Assembly (NCBI GenBank): GCA_044230355.1
Contig: JBGARD010000007.1
Span: forward strand, 1,126-65,125
Source of the DNA: Usitatibacteraceae bacterium
GTDB lineage: Bacteria; Pseudomonadota; Gammaproteobacteria; Burkholderiales; Usitatibacteraceae
DNA length: 64,000 nucleotides
Direction of reading: 5' to 3'
The translations under genes and the position numbers were made by a program. The notes under the pieces were generated by a model, which searched no databases, was not told the origin of the DNA, and was given only the letters and a program-made list of their open reading frames with translations. This document shows, piece by piece, positions 1 through 10,975 of the stretch; the stretch's first letter is position 1, and every line of letters begins with the position of its first letter.

Positions 1-1803
<1,803 letters not shown>

Positions 1804-1804
1804 C

Positions 1805-2896
1805 GTGCGCGGTCTCGCGATCGGCGTCATGTCGGGGACCAGCCTCGACGGCGCCGACGCCGTCCTGGCCGACTTCTCCGGGCAGCCTCCGCGCTGCATC
1901 GCCGCCTCGTCCGTCCCCTTTCCTGCGGACCTTCGCGCGGATCTCCTCGCCCTGAGCACTCCCGGCAACGACGGCATCGACGCGGCCGGCGCCTGCTCCG
2001 TCCGGCTCGCGGGCATCTACGCAAACGCCGTTTCGCAGGTGCTCGAGCGGTCCGGCGTTTCCGCCTCCCGGGTCGAGGTCGTCGGCTGCCACGGCCAGAC
2101 GGTCCGGCACCGGCCCGAGCTCGGCTACACCGTCCAGCTCAACGACGCGGCGCTGCTGGCCGAGCGATCCGGCATCGACGTGGTGGCGGACTTCCGCAGC
2201 CGGGACGTGGCCGCCGGCGGGCAGGGAGCGCCGCTCGTGCCCGCATTCCACGACCAGGTGTTCCGCGATGGATCCCGGCACCGGGTGATCGTGAACATCG
2301 GCGGGATCGCCAACGTCTCGTCGCTGAAGCCGGGGCAGCCGTTCGCGGGATTCGATTGCGGGCCCGGCAACGTGCTCATGGACGCCTGGGCCCGGCGCCA
2401 CCGCGGCGTCGATTTCGACGAAGGCGGCCGCTGGGCCTCGGAAGGCCGTCGCGACGAGGCTTTGCTGGCCCGCCTGGTGTCCGAGCCCTACTTCGCGGCG
2501 CCGCCCCCGAAGAGCACGGGTCGCGAGCTCTTCGGCGAGGACTGGCTTTCGGCACGCCTCGGGAATGGCATCGCGCCGGCCGATGTGCAGGCCACGCTGC
2601 TGGAGCTCACCGCCGCGTCGATCGTGCAAGCCATCGACCGCTTCTGCGGCCGCGCCGACGAGATCTACCTGTGCGGCGGCGGCGCACGCAACGGGCGTCT
2701 CGCGGCACGCATCGCCGAGCTCGCATCCCCCCGTCCGGTACTGCCCACGGACGCCCTGGGCGTCCCGACGGGCCACGTCGAGGCCATGGCCTTCGCGTGG
2801 CTGGCGCTCAAGTGCGTCCGCCGCGAGCCTTTGGACCTGGCGGCCGTCACCGGCGCGGCGCACCCCTGCATCCTCGGCGCGATCTACCCCGCCTGA
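1805..2896 (+). CDS. anmK: anhydro-N-acetylmuramic acid kinase
   Basis: 363 aa with N-terminal GVMSGTSLDGADAV and the overall AnmK pattern. GTG start lies 1 nt after the M23 stop. Confidence 0.9.
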   Translation: MRGLAIGVMSGTSLDGADAVLADFSGQPPRCIAASSVPFPADLRADLLALSTPGNDGIDAAGACSVRLAGIYANAVSQVLERSGVSASRVEVVGCHGQTVRHRPELGYTVQLNDAALLAERSGIDVVADFRSRDVAAGGQGAPLVPAFHDQVFRDGSRHRVIVNIGGIANVSSLKPGQPFAGFDCGPGNVLMDAWARRHRGVDFDEGGRWASEGRRDEALLARLVSEPYFAAPPPKSTGRELFGEDWLSARLGNGIAPADVQATLLELTAASIVQAIDRFCGRADEIYLCGGGARNGRLAARIAELASPRPVLPTDALGVPTGHVEAMAFAWLALKCVRREPLDLAAVTGAAHPCILGAIYPA

Positions 2897-2901
2897 AAAG
2901 C

Positions 2902-2929
2902 CGAAGGGGGAGCCCAGGCTCCCCCTTCG
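2902..2929. terminator. GC-rich hairpin between convergent anmK and erpA (putative bidirectional terminator)
   Basis: cgaagggggagcc/ggctcccccttcg forms a perfect stem of about 12 bp with a short loop. Confidence 0.55.
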
Positions 2930-2948
2930 ATCGCGACGAGGCGCGAAA

Positions 2949-3302
2949 TCAGGCGCTGAAGGACGACCCGCAGCCGCAGGTGGAGCTCGCGTTCGGGTTC
3001 TTGATCACGAACTGCGCGCCCTCGAGGCCCTCGGAGTAGTCGATCTCGGCCCCCACGAGGTACTGGTAGCTCATCGGGTCGATGAGCAGGCTCACGCCGT
3101 TCTTCTGCATGACAGTGTCGTCCTCGTTGACGGCCTCGTCGAAGGTGAAGCCGTACTGCAGGCCCGAGCAGCCGCCGCCCGTCACGAAGACGCGCAGCTT
3201 GAGATCGGTGTTGCCCTCTTCCTCGATGAGGGACTTCACCTTGTTGGCCGCGCTGTCGGTGAAGACCAGCGGATCGGGCATCGTCGTGGACATGTCGTTC
3301 AT
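2949..3302 (-). CDS. erpA: iron-sulfur cluster insertion protein ErpA (IscA/HesB family)
   Basis: 117 aa with [21 protein letters not shown] and a C-terminal CGCGSSF motif. Confidence 0.9.
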   Translation of the reverse strand: MNDMSTTMPDPLVFTDSAANKVKSLIEEEGNTDLKLRVFVTGGGCSGLQYGFTFDEAVNEDDTVMQKNGVSLLIDPMSYQYLVGAEIDYSEGLEGAQFVIKNPNASSTCGCGSSFSA

Positions 3303-3333
3303 GTGGATCTCCTTGAAAAGTATGCGGCCCGCG

Positions 3334-3741
3334 TCAGTCCGACGCGCTGCTCGCGGACTTGAATTCGACGATCTTGTCGCTCTTCTGGGGATTCTCGTAG
3401 ACCAGCTGCCCCATCACGATCGCGCCCACGTGGACCTCGATCGACTTGTACGCCACGTCCCCTGTGACCCGGGCCTTCGGCAGAAGTTCGACGTACTCGG
3501 TCGCCCGGACGGGGCCGGCGACCGTGCCGTTCACGACGACATGCGCGACGTCGATCTCGCCTTCCACCTTGGCGAGCTCGGACAGCACCAGCGTCCCGGG
3601 CTTGTTGCCGGTCGCCTTGACGTTGCCCTTGACGTGCCCGTCGACGCGCAGGCCGCCGACGAAGGTGATGTTGCCCTCGATGACGGTTCCGGCGCCGATC
3701 AGGCTGTCGATCGGGCTCGGCTTGTTGCTCTTGCCGAACAT
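3334..3741 (-). CDS. bactofilin family cytoskeletal protein
   Basis: C-terminal 135 aa of ORF 3334..3804, taken from the internal MFGKSNKPS. Repetitive beta-helix pattern: [26 protein letters not shown]...[16 protein letters not shown]. Confidence 0.85.
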   Translation of the reverse strand: MFGKSNKPSPIDSLIGAGTVIEGNITFVGGLRVDGHVKGNVKATGNKPGTLVLSELAKVEGEIDVAHVVVNGTVAGPVRATEYVELLPKARVTGDVAYKSIEVHVGAIVMGQLVYENPQKSDKIVEFKSASSASD

Positions 3742-3751
3742 GGCTACCCCC

Positions 3752-4444
3752 TCATTGCAGGTTGACGCTTCGGGAGAGTTTAACCTGTCCCCCGGGAAGC
3801 GCAATAACCCGGACTTCGTAGCCCGTGAGGACCGCGCCCTCCGGGATCCGGAAGCGGCCCTCCACCTTCTGGTAGAAGCGGAACTCCACGGCGCCGGCGG
3901 CCTCGCCCGCGGACCCCTCGGGAAACGCGAGGGTGGACACCGCGCCCTGGCTCGCGACGCGCGCGAGGACCTGTACCTTGCCCTTGAAATCCTGCTTCCG
4001 CTGCCCGCCCTGCGTGAGGAGCATGCGGTAGCGGAAGGCGCCGGGAAGGCCGTCCTGCTCGACCTTGAGGTTCGCGATCCCGAGGCCCTCCGGCGTCGCG
4101 CCCGACGACATGATGTTGCGCAGGAAGCCGAGGTCCTCCTTGAGCGCCGCGTTCTCGTCCTGGAGCTGCGTGACGGTCCGCGCGAGCTCCATCTGCGCGG
4201 CCTTGTCGATGGCGAGCTGCCGGTCGCGCTCGGCCACGACCGAGCGCGCGGATTCGAGGTCGCGCTTGAGCGTCACGTTCTCCGCGCCGAGGGTGGCGAT
4301 CTGCTCCCGCGCCTCCTCGCGGTCGAACCCCGTGATCCGGTAGCTGTTTTCGACGAGCCACCAGACGATGCCGCCCACCGCCGCCATCATGAGGACGTTG
4401 ATGAGCCACCGCCAGTACCAGGCGAGGTGCGAGCGGATCGTCAT
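3752..4444 (-). CDS. membrane-anchored coiled-coil protein (DUF6776-like), hypothetical
   Basis: Last 230 aa of the 653-aa track ORF 3752..5713, starting at MTIRSHLAWYWRWLINVLMMAAVGGIVWWLV (one TM helix) followed by a heptad-rich segment. The upstream part of that ORF overlaps argC out of frame and is rejected. Confidence 0.6.
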   Translation of the reverse strand: MTIRSHLAWYWRWLINVLMMAAVGGIVWWLVENSYRITGFDREEAREQIATLGAENVTLKRDLESARSVVAERDRQLAIDKAAQMELARTVTQLQDENAALKEDLGFLRNIMSSGATPEGLGIANLKVEQDGLPGAFRYRMLLTQGGQRKQDFKGKVQVLARVASQGAVSTLAFPEGSAGEAAGAVEFRFYQKVEGRFRIPEGAVLTGYEVRVIALPGGQVKLSRSVNLQ

Positions 4445-4494
4445 CCGCGACGAGCGGATGCCGATGTTGCTGCGCACGCGCCGGGCGAGGCTCC

Positions 4495-5523
4495 TCACGG
4501 CAGGAGCGCCACCTGGTCCAGCCCCCGCGTCTCGGGAAATCCGAACGCGAGGTTCATGTTCTGCACCGCCTGGCCCGCGGCTCCCTTGACCAGGTTGTCC
4601 TCCACGGCGAGGACGACGAGCGTGTCGCCGCCCATCGGGCGGTGCACGGCGATCCGGCAGTGGTTGGACCCGCGCACCCAGCGCGTCTCGGGCTGGGTCC
4701 CGGGGGGGAGCACGTCGACGAAGGGCTCCCCCGCATAGCGCTTCTCGAAGAGCTGCTGGAAATCCGCCTCCTTCGTCACCCGCGCGTAGACGGTCGCGAG
4801 GATGCCGCGGATCATCGGCACCAGGTGCGGGACGAACGTGAGGCCGACGTCCCGTCCGCTCGCCCCCTTCAGGCCCTGGACGATCTCGGGATGGTGCCGG
4901 TGCCCGCCCAGCGCATAGGCCTTGAAGTTGTCGCCGGCCTCCGCAAACAGGATGTCGACCTCGGCTTTCCTGCCGGCGCCGCTCACGCCGGACTTCGCGT
5001 CCGCGACGAGGTGGCCGCGATCGACGAGGTCCGTCTCGACGAGCGGCAGCAGCGCGAGCTGCACGGCGGTCGCGTAGCAGCCCGGGTTCGCGATGAGGCG
5101 CGCACCGCGGATCATCTCGCGATTGATCTCGGGAAGCCCGTACACGGCCTGCGCCACGAGATCGGGCGCCGCGTGCTTCATCTTGTACCAGCGCTCCCAC
5201 GTCGCGATGTCCTTCAGCCGGAAGTCGGCGGACAGGTCGATCACCTTCACGCCCGCGTCGACGAGCGGCCGGGCCTGCCCCATGGCGACCCCGTTCGGCG
5301 TGGCGAAGAAGACGCACTGGCAGGCCGTGAGGTCCGTCTGCGCCGGGTCGCTGAACGCGACGTCGACGCGCCCGCGCAGGGAGGGAAACATCCGCGCCAC
5401 CGGCGTGCCCGCCTCGCCGCGCGAGGTGATCGCCGCGATCTCGACGTCCGGGTGGGCCGCGAGCAGCCTCAGGAGCTCCACCCCCGTGTATCCCGTGCCT
5501 CCGACGATGCCTGCCTTGATCAT
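4495..5523 (-). CDS. argC: N-acetyl-gamma-glutamyl-phosphate reductase
   Basis: 342 aa. [21 protein letters not shown], the active-site region NPGCYAT, and a full-length match to the ArgC pattern. Confidence 0.95.
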   Translation of the reverse strand: MIKAGIVGGTGYTGVELLRLLAAHPDVEIAAITSRGEAGTPVARMFPSLRGRVDVAFSDPAQTDLTACQCVFFATPNGVAMGQARPLVDAGVKVIDLSADFRLKDIATWERWYKMKHAAPDLVAQAVYGLPEINREMIRGARLIANPGCYATAVQLALLPLVETDLVDRGHLVADAKSGVSGAGRKAEVDILFAEAGDNFKAYALGGHRHHPEIVQGLKGASGRDVGLTFVPHLVPMIRGILATVYARVTKEADFQQLFEKRYAGEPFVDVLPPGTQPETRWVRGSNHCRIAVHRPMGGDTLVVLAVEDNLVKGAAGQAVQNMNLAFGFPETRGLDQVALLP

Positions 5524-5575
5524 CTATCGACACCTCTCCTGTCGGCCGCTGGCGACAGCGGCGCATCCCATGAAC

Positions 5576-5601
5576 GAAAAAGCCGCCTTGCAGGGCGGCT
5601 T
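5576..5601 (-). terminator. rho-independent terminator downstream of rplM-rpsI
   Basis: Minus strand reads aagccgccctgcaaggcggcttttt: a 7-bp GC stem followed by a T5 run, about 40 nt after the rpsI stop. Confidence 0.65.
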
Positions 5602-5639
5602 CGTCGCGTTCCGGGGAAACCGGACGGCCTTCTCCCGCC

Positions 5640-6032
5640 TTAGCGCTTCGAGTACTGCTTGCGGCGGCGCGCCTTGTGGAAGCCGACCTTCTTGCGCTCG
5701 ACCTCGCGCGCATCGCGCGTCACGAGCCCGGCCTTGGAAAGCGCCGGCTTGAGCGTCGGATCGTATTCGATGAGGGCCCGCGTGATGCCGTGGCGAACCG
5801 CACCGGCCTGCCCGGACTCCCCGCCGCCGAAGACGTTCACCTTGATGTCGAAGGTCTGGGCGTGGTTGGTGAGCTCGAGCGGCTGGCGCACGATCATGCG
5901 GCCGGTCTCGCGCGAGAAGTACTCGTCGAGCGGCTTCTCGTTGACGACGATCTTGCCCTGGCCGGACTTGATGAAGACACGGGCCACCGCGTTCTTGCGA
6001 CGGCCGGTGCCATAGTTGTATTTGCCGATCAT
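5640..6032 (-). CDS. rpsI: 30S ribosomal protein S9
   Basis: 130 aa with [19 protein letters not shown] and the C-terminal [11 protein letters not shown]. Confidence 0.97.
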   Translation of the reverse strand: MIGKYNYGTGRRKNAVARVFIKSGQGKIVVNEKPLDEYFSRETGRMIVRQPLELTNHAQTFDIKVNVFGGGESGQAGAVRHGITRALIEYDPTLKPALSKAGLVTRDAREVERKKVGFHKARRRKQYSKR

Positions 6033-6044
6033 GGTCGTCGCTCC

Positions 6045-6473
6045 TTAGATCTCGAGGGCTTTGGGCTGCTGGGACGTGTGCGGGTGCGCGGGGCCGGCGT
6101 AGATCTTGAGCTTCTTGATCATCGCGTAGCCCAGGCGACCCTTGGGCAGCATGCCCTTCACCGCGAGCTTGAGGATCCGGTCGGGGTGGCGCGCCTGCAG
6201 CTTGTCGAAATTCGTCTCGTAGATGCCGCCCGGGTAGGTCGAGTGGCGGTAGTACTTCTTGTCGGCCGCCTTGGCGCCGGTGACGCGCAGCTTCTCGACG
6301 TTGACCACGACGATGTAGTCGCCGGTGTCGACGTGGGGGGTGAATTCGGCCTTGTGCTTGCCGCGCAGGCGCCGGGAGACTTCGACCGCGAGACGCCCGA
6401 GCACCTTGTCGGTGGCGTCCACGACGAACCAGTCGCGCTTGACTGTCCGCGGATTGGCGGAAATGGTCTTCAT
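6045..6473 (-). CDS. rplM: 50S ribosomal protein L13
   Basis: Last 142 aa of ORF 6045..7046, starting at [32 protein letters not shown] at 6471-6473. Confidence 0.97.
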   Translation of the reverse strand: MKTISANPRTVKRDWFVVDATDKVLGRLAVEVSRRLRGKHKAEFTPHVDTGDYIVVVNVEKLRVTGAKAADKKYYRHSTYPGGIYETNFDKLQARHPDRILKLAVKGMLPKGRLGYAMIKKLKIYAGPAHPHTSQQPKALEI

Positions 6474-6561
6474 GGTGATCCCTGTCGTAATGGCGCCCCT
6501 GGGTGCTTCCGGCGGGTGCCGGAAATACGTTGGGCCCCTTGTTTGGAAAAGCGAACTCGAA

Positions 6562-6590
6562 ATTTTAGGGAAATCAGGCTCTTGTGTCAA
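6562..6590 (-). promoter_or_regulatory. sigma70-type promoter for rplM-rpsI
   Basis: Minus strand reads TTGACA (6585-6590), a 17-nt spacer, then TAAAAT (6562-6567), about 90 nt upstream of the rplM ATG. Confidence 0.6.
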
Positions 6591-6671
6591 ACCCTCCTGC
6601 TCCACGGCAGGTCTCGGGGGACGCGCAGCCCCCCCTCGGATAGAATCCGGCTTCGCCCCCCCTAAGCCCCC

Positions 6672-7730
6672 ATGGATACCAACCGTTTCGAGCAATACGC
6701 CCGGATTTCCGGGGTTGCCTTCCTGATCGTCGCCTGTTTCCTCATCATCCGGCCGTTCATGGCCGCGATGCTCTTCGCGGCCATCCTTTGCCTGTCGACC
6801 TGGCCGGCCTTCCGGTGGGTCCGGGACCGGCTCGGCGGCCGCAGCGCCCTGGCGGCCCTCCTTTTCGTGCTCGTGATGCTCCTCGCCATCGCCCTGCCCG
6901 TGGCGCTGGCCGGATTCAGCCTCGTCAGCCACTCCTCCCAGGTGATCGACTTCGTGCGGGGGCTGATCGACCGGGGACCGTTCGAGCTGCCCGCCTGGCT
7001 CACCGGCCTGCCCCTCGTGGGGGCAACCCTGGACGAGTACTGGCACAGCCTGGTCGGCAGCCGGGAGGAGATCGTCGCCCTCGCCAGGCGCCTGGCCGAG
7101 CCCGCGAAAGGGCTCCTCGTCGCCGCCGGCTCCGCCGCCGGGGAGGGGCTCCTGTACATCCTCATCGCGATCTTCATGGCGTTCTTCTTCTACCGGGACG
7201 GGGAGGCGGCCGGACGCATGGTCCGCGACGGCATGGCCCGCCTGGCGGGCGGGGAACAGGGCGCGGCGGTGCTCGCGACGGCGCAGAGCGCGATCAAGGG
7301 CGTCGTGTACGGCCTCATCGGCACGGGGCTGGCGCAGGCCCTCGTCGCGCTCGTCGGCTTCGCGATCGCCGGCGTGCCGGGCGCAGTGACGCTTTCCGCG
7401 CTCACCTTCGTCCTCTCCTTCATTCCCATGGGGCCTGCGCTCCTGTGGGGCGGCGCGGCGGCGTGGCTCTACTCGAACGGCGAAACCGGGTGGGCCATCT
7501 TCATGGTCGCCTACGGCTTCCTCGTGATCAGCTCCGTGGACAACTTCATCAAGCCGATCCTGATGAGCCGCGCGGGCAATCTCTCGATGCTGCTCGTCGT
7601 GCTCGGCGTGTTCGGCGGCGCGGTGGCCTTCGGCTTCATCGGCATCTTCGTCGGGCCGACGCTGCTCGCGGTGGCGTGGAGCCTCCTCAACGCCTGGCTC
7701 AAGGCCCAGCAGTCCAGGGAGTCGGTATGA
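6672..7730 (+). CDS. AI-2E family transporter (PerM/UPF0118 permease)
   Basis: 352 aa, polytopic membrane protein with the typical family C-terminal region [16 protein letters not shown]...[11 protein letters not shown]. Confidence 0.85.
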   Translation: MDTNRFEQYARISGVAFLIVACFLIIRPFMAAMLFAAILCLSTWPAFRWVRDRLGGRSALAALLFVLVMLLAIALPVALAGFSLVSHSSQVIDFVRGLIDRGPFELPAWLTGLPLVGATLDEYWHSLVGSREEIVALARRLAEPAKGLLVAAGSAAGEGLLYILIAIFMAFFFYRDGEAAGRMVRDGMARLAGGEQGAAVLATAQSAIKGVVYGLIGTGLAQALVALVGFAIAGVPGAVTLSALTFVLSFIPMGPALLWGGAAAWLYSNGETGWAIFMVAYGFLVISSVDNFIKPILMSRAGNLSMLLVVLGVFGGAVAFGFIGIFVGPTLLAVAWSLLNAWLKAQQSRESV

Positions 7731-8143
7731 AGGCGCGCGTGAAGCTGGTCGAGGGCATCACCTTCGTCGCCGAGAGCGGCAGCGGCCACGCCGTGGTGAT
7801 GGACGCCTCCCCCGACGTGGGCGGCCGCAATCTCGGCGCCCGGCCCATGGAGATGGTCCTCATGGGCGCGGGCGGCTGCAGCGCGATCGACGTCGTGCAC
7901 ATCCTGCGCAAGGCCCGGCAGGACTTCGTCGACTGCGTGGTGGAACTCGAGGCGGAGCGCGCGCCGGAAGATCCCAAGGTCTTCACTCGCATCCACATGC
8001 ATTACATCGTGACGGGCCGGGGCCTCAACCCGACGCAGGTCGAGCGTGCCATCAAGCTCTCGAAGGAGAAGTACTGCTCGGCGACGATCATGCTCGCCAG
8101 GACGGCCGAGGTCACCTCGGACTTCGAGATCCGCGAGGCCTGA
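7727..8143 (+). CDS. OsmC family protein
   Basis: [21 protein letters not shown]...[10 protein letters not shown]...KYCSAT. The two conserved Cys are in OsmC/Ohr-like context. ATGA overlap with the upstream transporter. Confidence 0.85.
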   Translation: MKARVKLVEGITFVAESGSGHAVVMDASPDVGGRNLGARPMEMVLMGAGGCSAIDVVHILRKARQDFVDCVVELEAERAPEDPKVFTRIHMHYIVTGRGLNPTQVERAIKLSKEKYCSATIMLARTAEVTSDFEIREA

Positions 8144-8166
8144 CGACGACCTACCCTCATCCCCGG

Positions 8167-8219
8167 CCCTTCTCCCAAGGGAGAAGGGAGGAGTTCTCCC
8201 CTCTCCCTTGGGAGAGGGG
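8167..8219. repeat. two tandem REP-like palindromic hairpins between convergent genes
   Basis: cccttctccc-aa-gggagaaggg (8167-8188) and cccctctccc-tt-gggagagggg (8198-8219). A third copy of the ctctccc-tt-gggagag core is at 61822-61841. Confidence 0.6.
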
Positions 8220-8238
8220 TTGGGGGTGTGGGTGTCGC

Positions 8239-8865
8239 TTAGAAGCGGTAGGCCGTCTCCGTCATCACCTTCGCCATCAGGCGCATCGCGCCCTTGATGG
8301 GCGGGGGCAGTTCCGCCGCGCCCAGCGCGCTGCCGGTATTGGCGTGCCCGACTTCGTCGGTCTTCATCTGCTCGAGGATGCGGCGGGTGCGCTCATCCTG
8401 CTGCGGCAGCACCGCAAGATGGCTGTCGAGGTGGCCCTCGACCTGGCGCTCGGTCTCCACGAGGAATCCCATGCTCCAGCGGTCGCCGGCCAGGCCCGAG
8501 GCCACGCCCAGCGTGAATGAGCCGGCATACCACAGGGGCGACAGCAGGCTGGGGCTTGAATCGAGCTCGCGAAGGCGCTCGGCGCACCAGGCGAGGTGGT
8601 CCCGCTCTTCCGCGCCGGCATGCTCCAGCGCGGAGCGCACCGCCTCGTCCCGGGCCATGAGGGATTGCCCGGCATAGAGGGCCTGCGCGCAAACCTCGCC
8701 CGCGTGGTCGACCCGCATCAGCCCGGCCACATGGCGGCGTGCTTCGCCGTCCGCCGGCCCGGCACAGGTCTCGCCCGGCGCCGGCCGTGACGCATGGGTG
8801 GCACCCGTCACGGTACGCAACGCGTTGTCCGCGACGACGAGGAGGCGATCGAGAGCCGTGAACAT
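8239..8865 (-). CDS. coq7: demethoxyubiquinone hydroxylase (Coq7 family di-iron hydroxylase)
   Basis: 208 aa with the repeated EExH-type di-iron motifs: DHAGEVCAQALY, EERDHLAW, ETERQVEGHL, TDEVGHA. Confidence 0.9.
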   Translation of the reverse strand: MFTALDRLLVVADNALRTVTGATHASRPAPGETCAGPADGEARRHVAGLMRVDHAGEVCAQALYAGQSLMARDEAVRSALEHAGAEERDHLAWCAERLRELDSSPSLLSPLWYAGSFTLGVASGLAGDRWSMGFLVETERQVEGHLDSHLAVLPQQDERTRRILEQMKTDEVGHANTGSALGAAELPPPIKGAMRLMAKVMTETAYRF

Positions 8866-8890
8866 GGGCTAACTCTACGATGACAGGGCC

Positions 8891-8925
8891 GAAAGAAAAA
8901 GGGCGCGGCTTGCGCCGCGCCCTTT
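8891..8925 (-). terminator. rho-independent terminator downstream of the porin gene
   Basis: Minus strand reads aaagggcgcggcgcaagccgcgccctttttctttc: a 12-bp stem followed by a T-rich tail. Confidence 0.75.
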
Positions 8926-8957
8926 CGATGCTGCCTGAAGCGACTGCCGATACGGGA

Positions 8958-9974
8958 TCAGAACAGGTGACGGAAGCCCGCCATGAAGCCCTTCATGTCC
9001 TGGCCCGCGGTGCCCAGCGGGTTCGTGCCGAAGTTGCAGTTCATGCCGGCGCTGTTGTCGACTTCGGTGTAGCTGGCGACGAAGAACGTGCGCTTGCTCC
9101 AGTCGTACTTGTAGCCGACCGAGTACATGTCGCAATCGCTATCACCCTGCTCGGCGTTCTGGTACGAAGCGAGAATCGCGTGCTTGCCGCTGAAGTTCCA
9201 GGTGAGGCCCAGCATGTAGGACTCGTCGTCGTCCGACTGGCCGTCCTTCGAGTACACGCCATATTGGCCCGCGAGCTTGAGGCCGCCCATCGTGAAGCTG
9301 GCGGCGATCGCGTTGCCTTCCTCGTCCGTGTTGGCCGCGACGTCCTTGTGGTTCTCGTACGCGTAGGCGAGGTAGAGCGCGCCCTTCGAGTACGCGACCG
9401 ACGCGCCGACGGTGTTCGGGTTACGGACGCCGTCCTTGCCTTCGTTCGCGGTGTACAGCGCGCGCACCGTGAGGCCCGCCCAGTTCGGCGACCAGTACTG
9501 GACCGAATTGCCTTCGCGGCGGCTGAAGTTGCCTTGGTCGAGGCCGGCACCGGTGATGTCGCCGAGGGTCAGGTCACCCCAGGGGTCCACCGCGGTCTGC
9601 GACGTCTTCATCGGCGTGTCCCAGCGGCCGAGGAGAACGCTACCCCAGCCGCCTTGGAGGCCGACACCGCTGTTGCGGGCCGCGAAGGTGCTGTTGTTCT
9701 CGTCCGGCTTGAACTGGGTCTCGAGCTGGAAGAAGGCCTTGAGGCCGCCACCCAGATCTTCCGTGCCGCGCACGCCCAGGTAGGACGCGTTGTCGCTGAC
9801 GCGAGTGCGGTTTCCGGTGCTCGCATCTTGAGCCGGAGTACCGCCATCGGCCTCGACCGATTCCAGGGTCACGAAGACGCGACCGTAGAGGGTCACGGGG
9901 TTCGCGGTCTGGGCCATGACGGTCGGGGCAAAGCAGGCGCCCGCCACTGCCAGTGCGATCAATTTCTTGTTCAT
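8958..9974 (-). CDS. outer-membrane porin (betaproteobacterial/Neisseria-type general porin)
   Basis: 338 aa with signal peptide MNKKLIALAVAGACFAPTVMAQ, VTLYGRV, alternating beta-strand pattern, and C-terminal GFRHLF ending in Phe. Confidence 0.9.
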   Translation of the reverse strand: MNKKLIALAVAGACFAPTVMAQTANPVTLYGRVFVTLESVEADGGTPAQDASTGNRTRVSDNASYLGVRGTEDLGGGLKAFFQLETQFKPDENNSTFAARNSGVGLQGGWGSVLLGRWDTPMKTSQTAVDPWGDLTLGDITGAGLDQGNFSRREGNSVQYWSPNWAGLTVRALYTANEGKDGVRNPNTVGASVAYSKGALYLAYAYENHKDVAANTDEEGNAIAASFTMGGLKLAGQYGVYSKDGQSDDDESYMLGLTWNFSGKHAILASYQNAEQGDSDCDMYSVGYKYDWSKRTFFVASYTEVDNSAGMNCNFGTNPLGTAGQDMKGFMAGFRHLF

Positions 9975-10180
9975 CAGAATCTCCTTTGTTGAAGTGAGGC
10001 CGAATTCACTTTAAAGCGCTTGGGAACCTCTTGGGGATCTTCGCCCCGATTCTTGGCACTTCTCCCGGATATTTATCGAGAAGCCGTTAGCATCATGCCA
10101 AACCCCGGCACTTCTCTCAAGGGGGGGGTGGGAAATGCGCAACAAACTCCCCTCGTTGTTGCTCTCCTGCAACGTCTCGA

Positions 10181-10975
10181 TCAGGCCCCCTGGAACAGCC
10201 GCGAAAGCTCCCTTCCGGGGTCTTCCGCGGCCATGAAGGCACCCCCCACCAAGTAAGCGCCCACTCTCGCCTCGCGCAAGCGCCTGACGTCCTCGGGCGC
10301 CGCGATTCCACTCTCCGTCACCACGATCCTGCCGGCCGGAACGCGGTCCAGGAGTTCGAGCGTCGTCTCCAGGCGGATACCGAAAGTCCGCAAATCCCGG
10401 TTATTGATCCCGATCAAGGGCGTGGAAAGCCGAAAAGCGCGCTCGAGCTGGCCCGCGTCGTGGGATTCGACCAAAACGTCCATGCCCAGCGAATTCGCGA
10501 GCGACTCGAGTTGCACGAGGGTTGAGTCCGGCGCGGCGTCCATGATCAGCAGGATGCAGTCGGCGCCCCATGCCCGGGCCTCGAAGACCTGGTAGGGATC
10601 GATGATGAAGTCCTTGCGGATCACCGGCAGCGAACAGGCGGCGCGGGCCGCCTGGAGATCCTCCCGCGAGCCGCCGAAGTACTCGCGGTCGGTGAGCACG
10701 GACAGGCACGTCGCCCCGTTGGCCGCGTAGGAGGCCGCGATGCGCGCCGGGTCGAAGTCGGCCCGGATGAGCCCCTTGCTGGGGCTCGCCCGCTTGATCT
10801 CGGCGATGACGGCGGCCTTCCCCGCGGCCACGCGCACCTGGATGGCCGCGGCGAATCCCCGCGGGGGCGAGGCCTCGCGCGCCGCGGTCTCGATCGCCGC
10901 GAGCGGCAGTGCCGCCCGCGCCGCTTCCACCTCGCGGCGCTTGGTGTCGAGGATCCGCTCCAGGATGTCGCTCAC
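10181..10975 (-). CDS. trpC: indole-3-glycerol phosphate synthase
   Basis: From the GTG at 10975: [16 protein letters not shown]...[13 protein letters not shown]...CLSVLTD...IRKDFI. GTGA overlap with the trpD stop. Confidence 0.93.
   Translation of the reverse strand: MSDILERILDTKRREVEAARAALPLAAIETAAREASPPRGFAAAIQVRVAAGKAAVIAEIKRASPSKGLIRADFDPARIAASYAANGATCLSVLTDREYFGGSREDLQAARAACSLPVIRKDFIIDPYQVFEARAWGADCILLIMDAAPDSTLVQLESLANSLGMDVLVESHDAGQLERAFRLSTPLIGINNRDLRTFGIRLETTLELLDRVPAGRIVVTESGIAAPEDVRRLREARVGAYLVGGAFMAAEDPGRELSRLFQGA

Noticed and set aside
4445-5713. The N-terminal 423 aa of the 653-aa track ORF 3752..5713.
   Set aside because: This part overlaps argC in another frame and is Arg/Pro/Gly-rich nonsense. 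Only the last 230 aa, from MTIRSHLAWY, look like a real protein.
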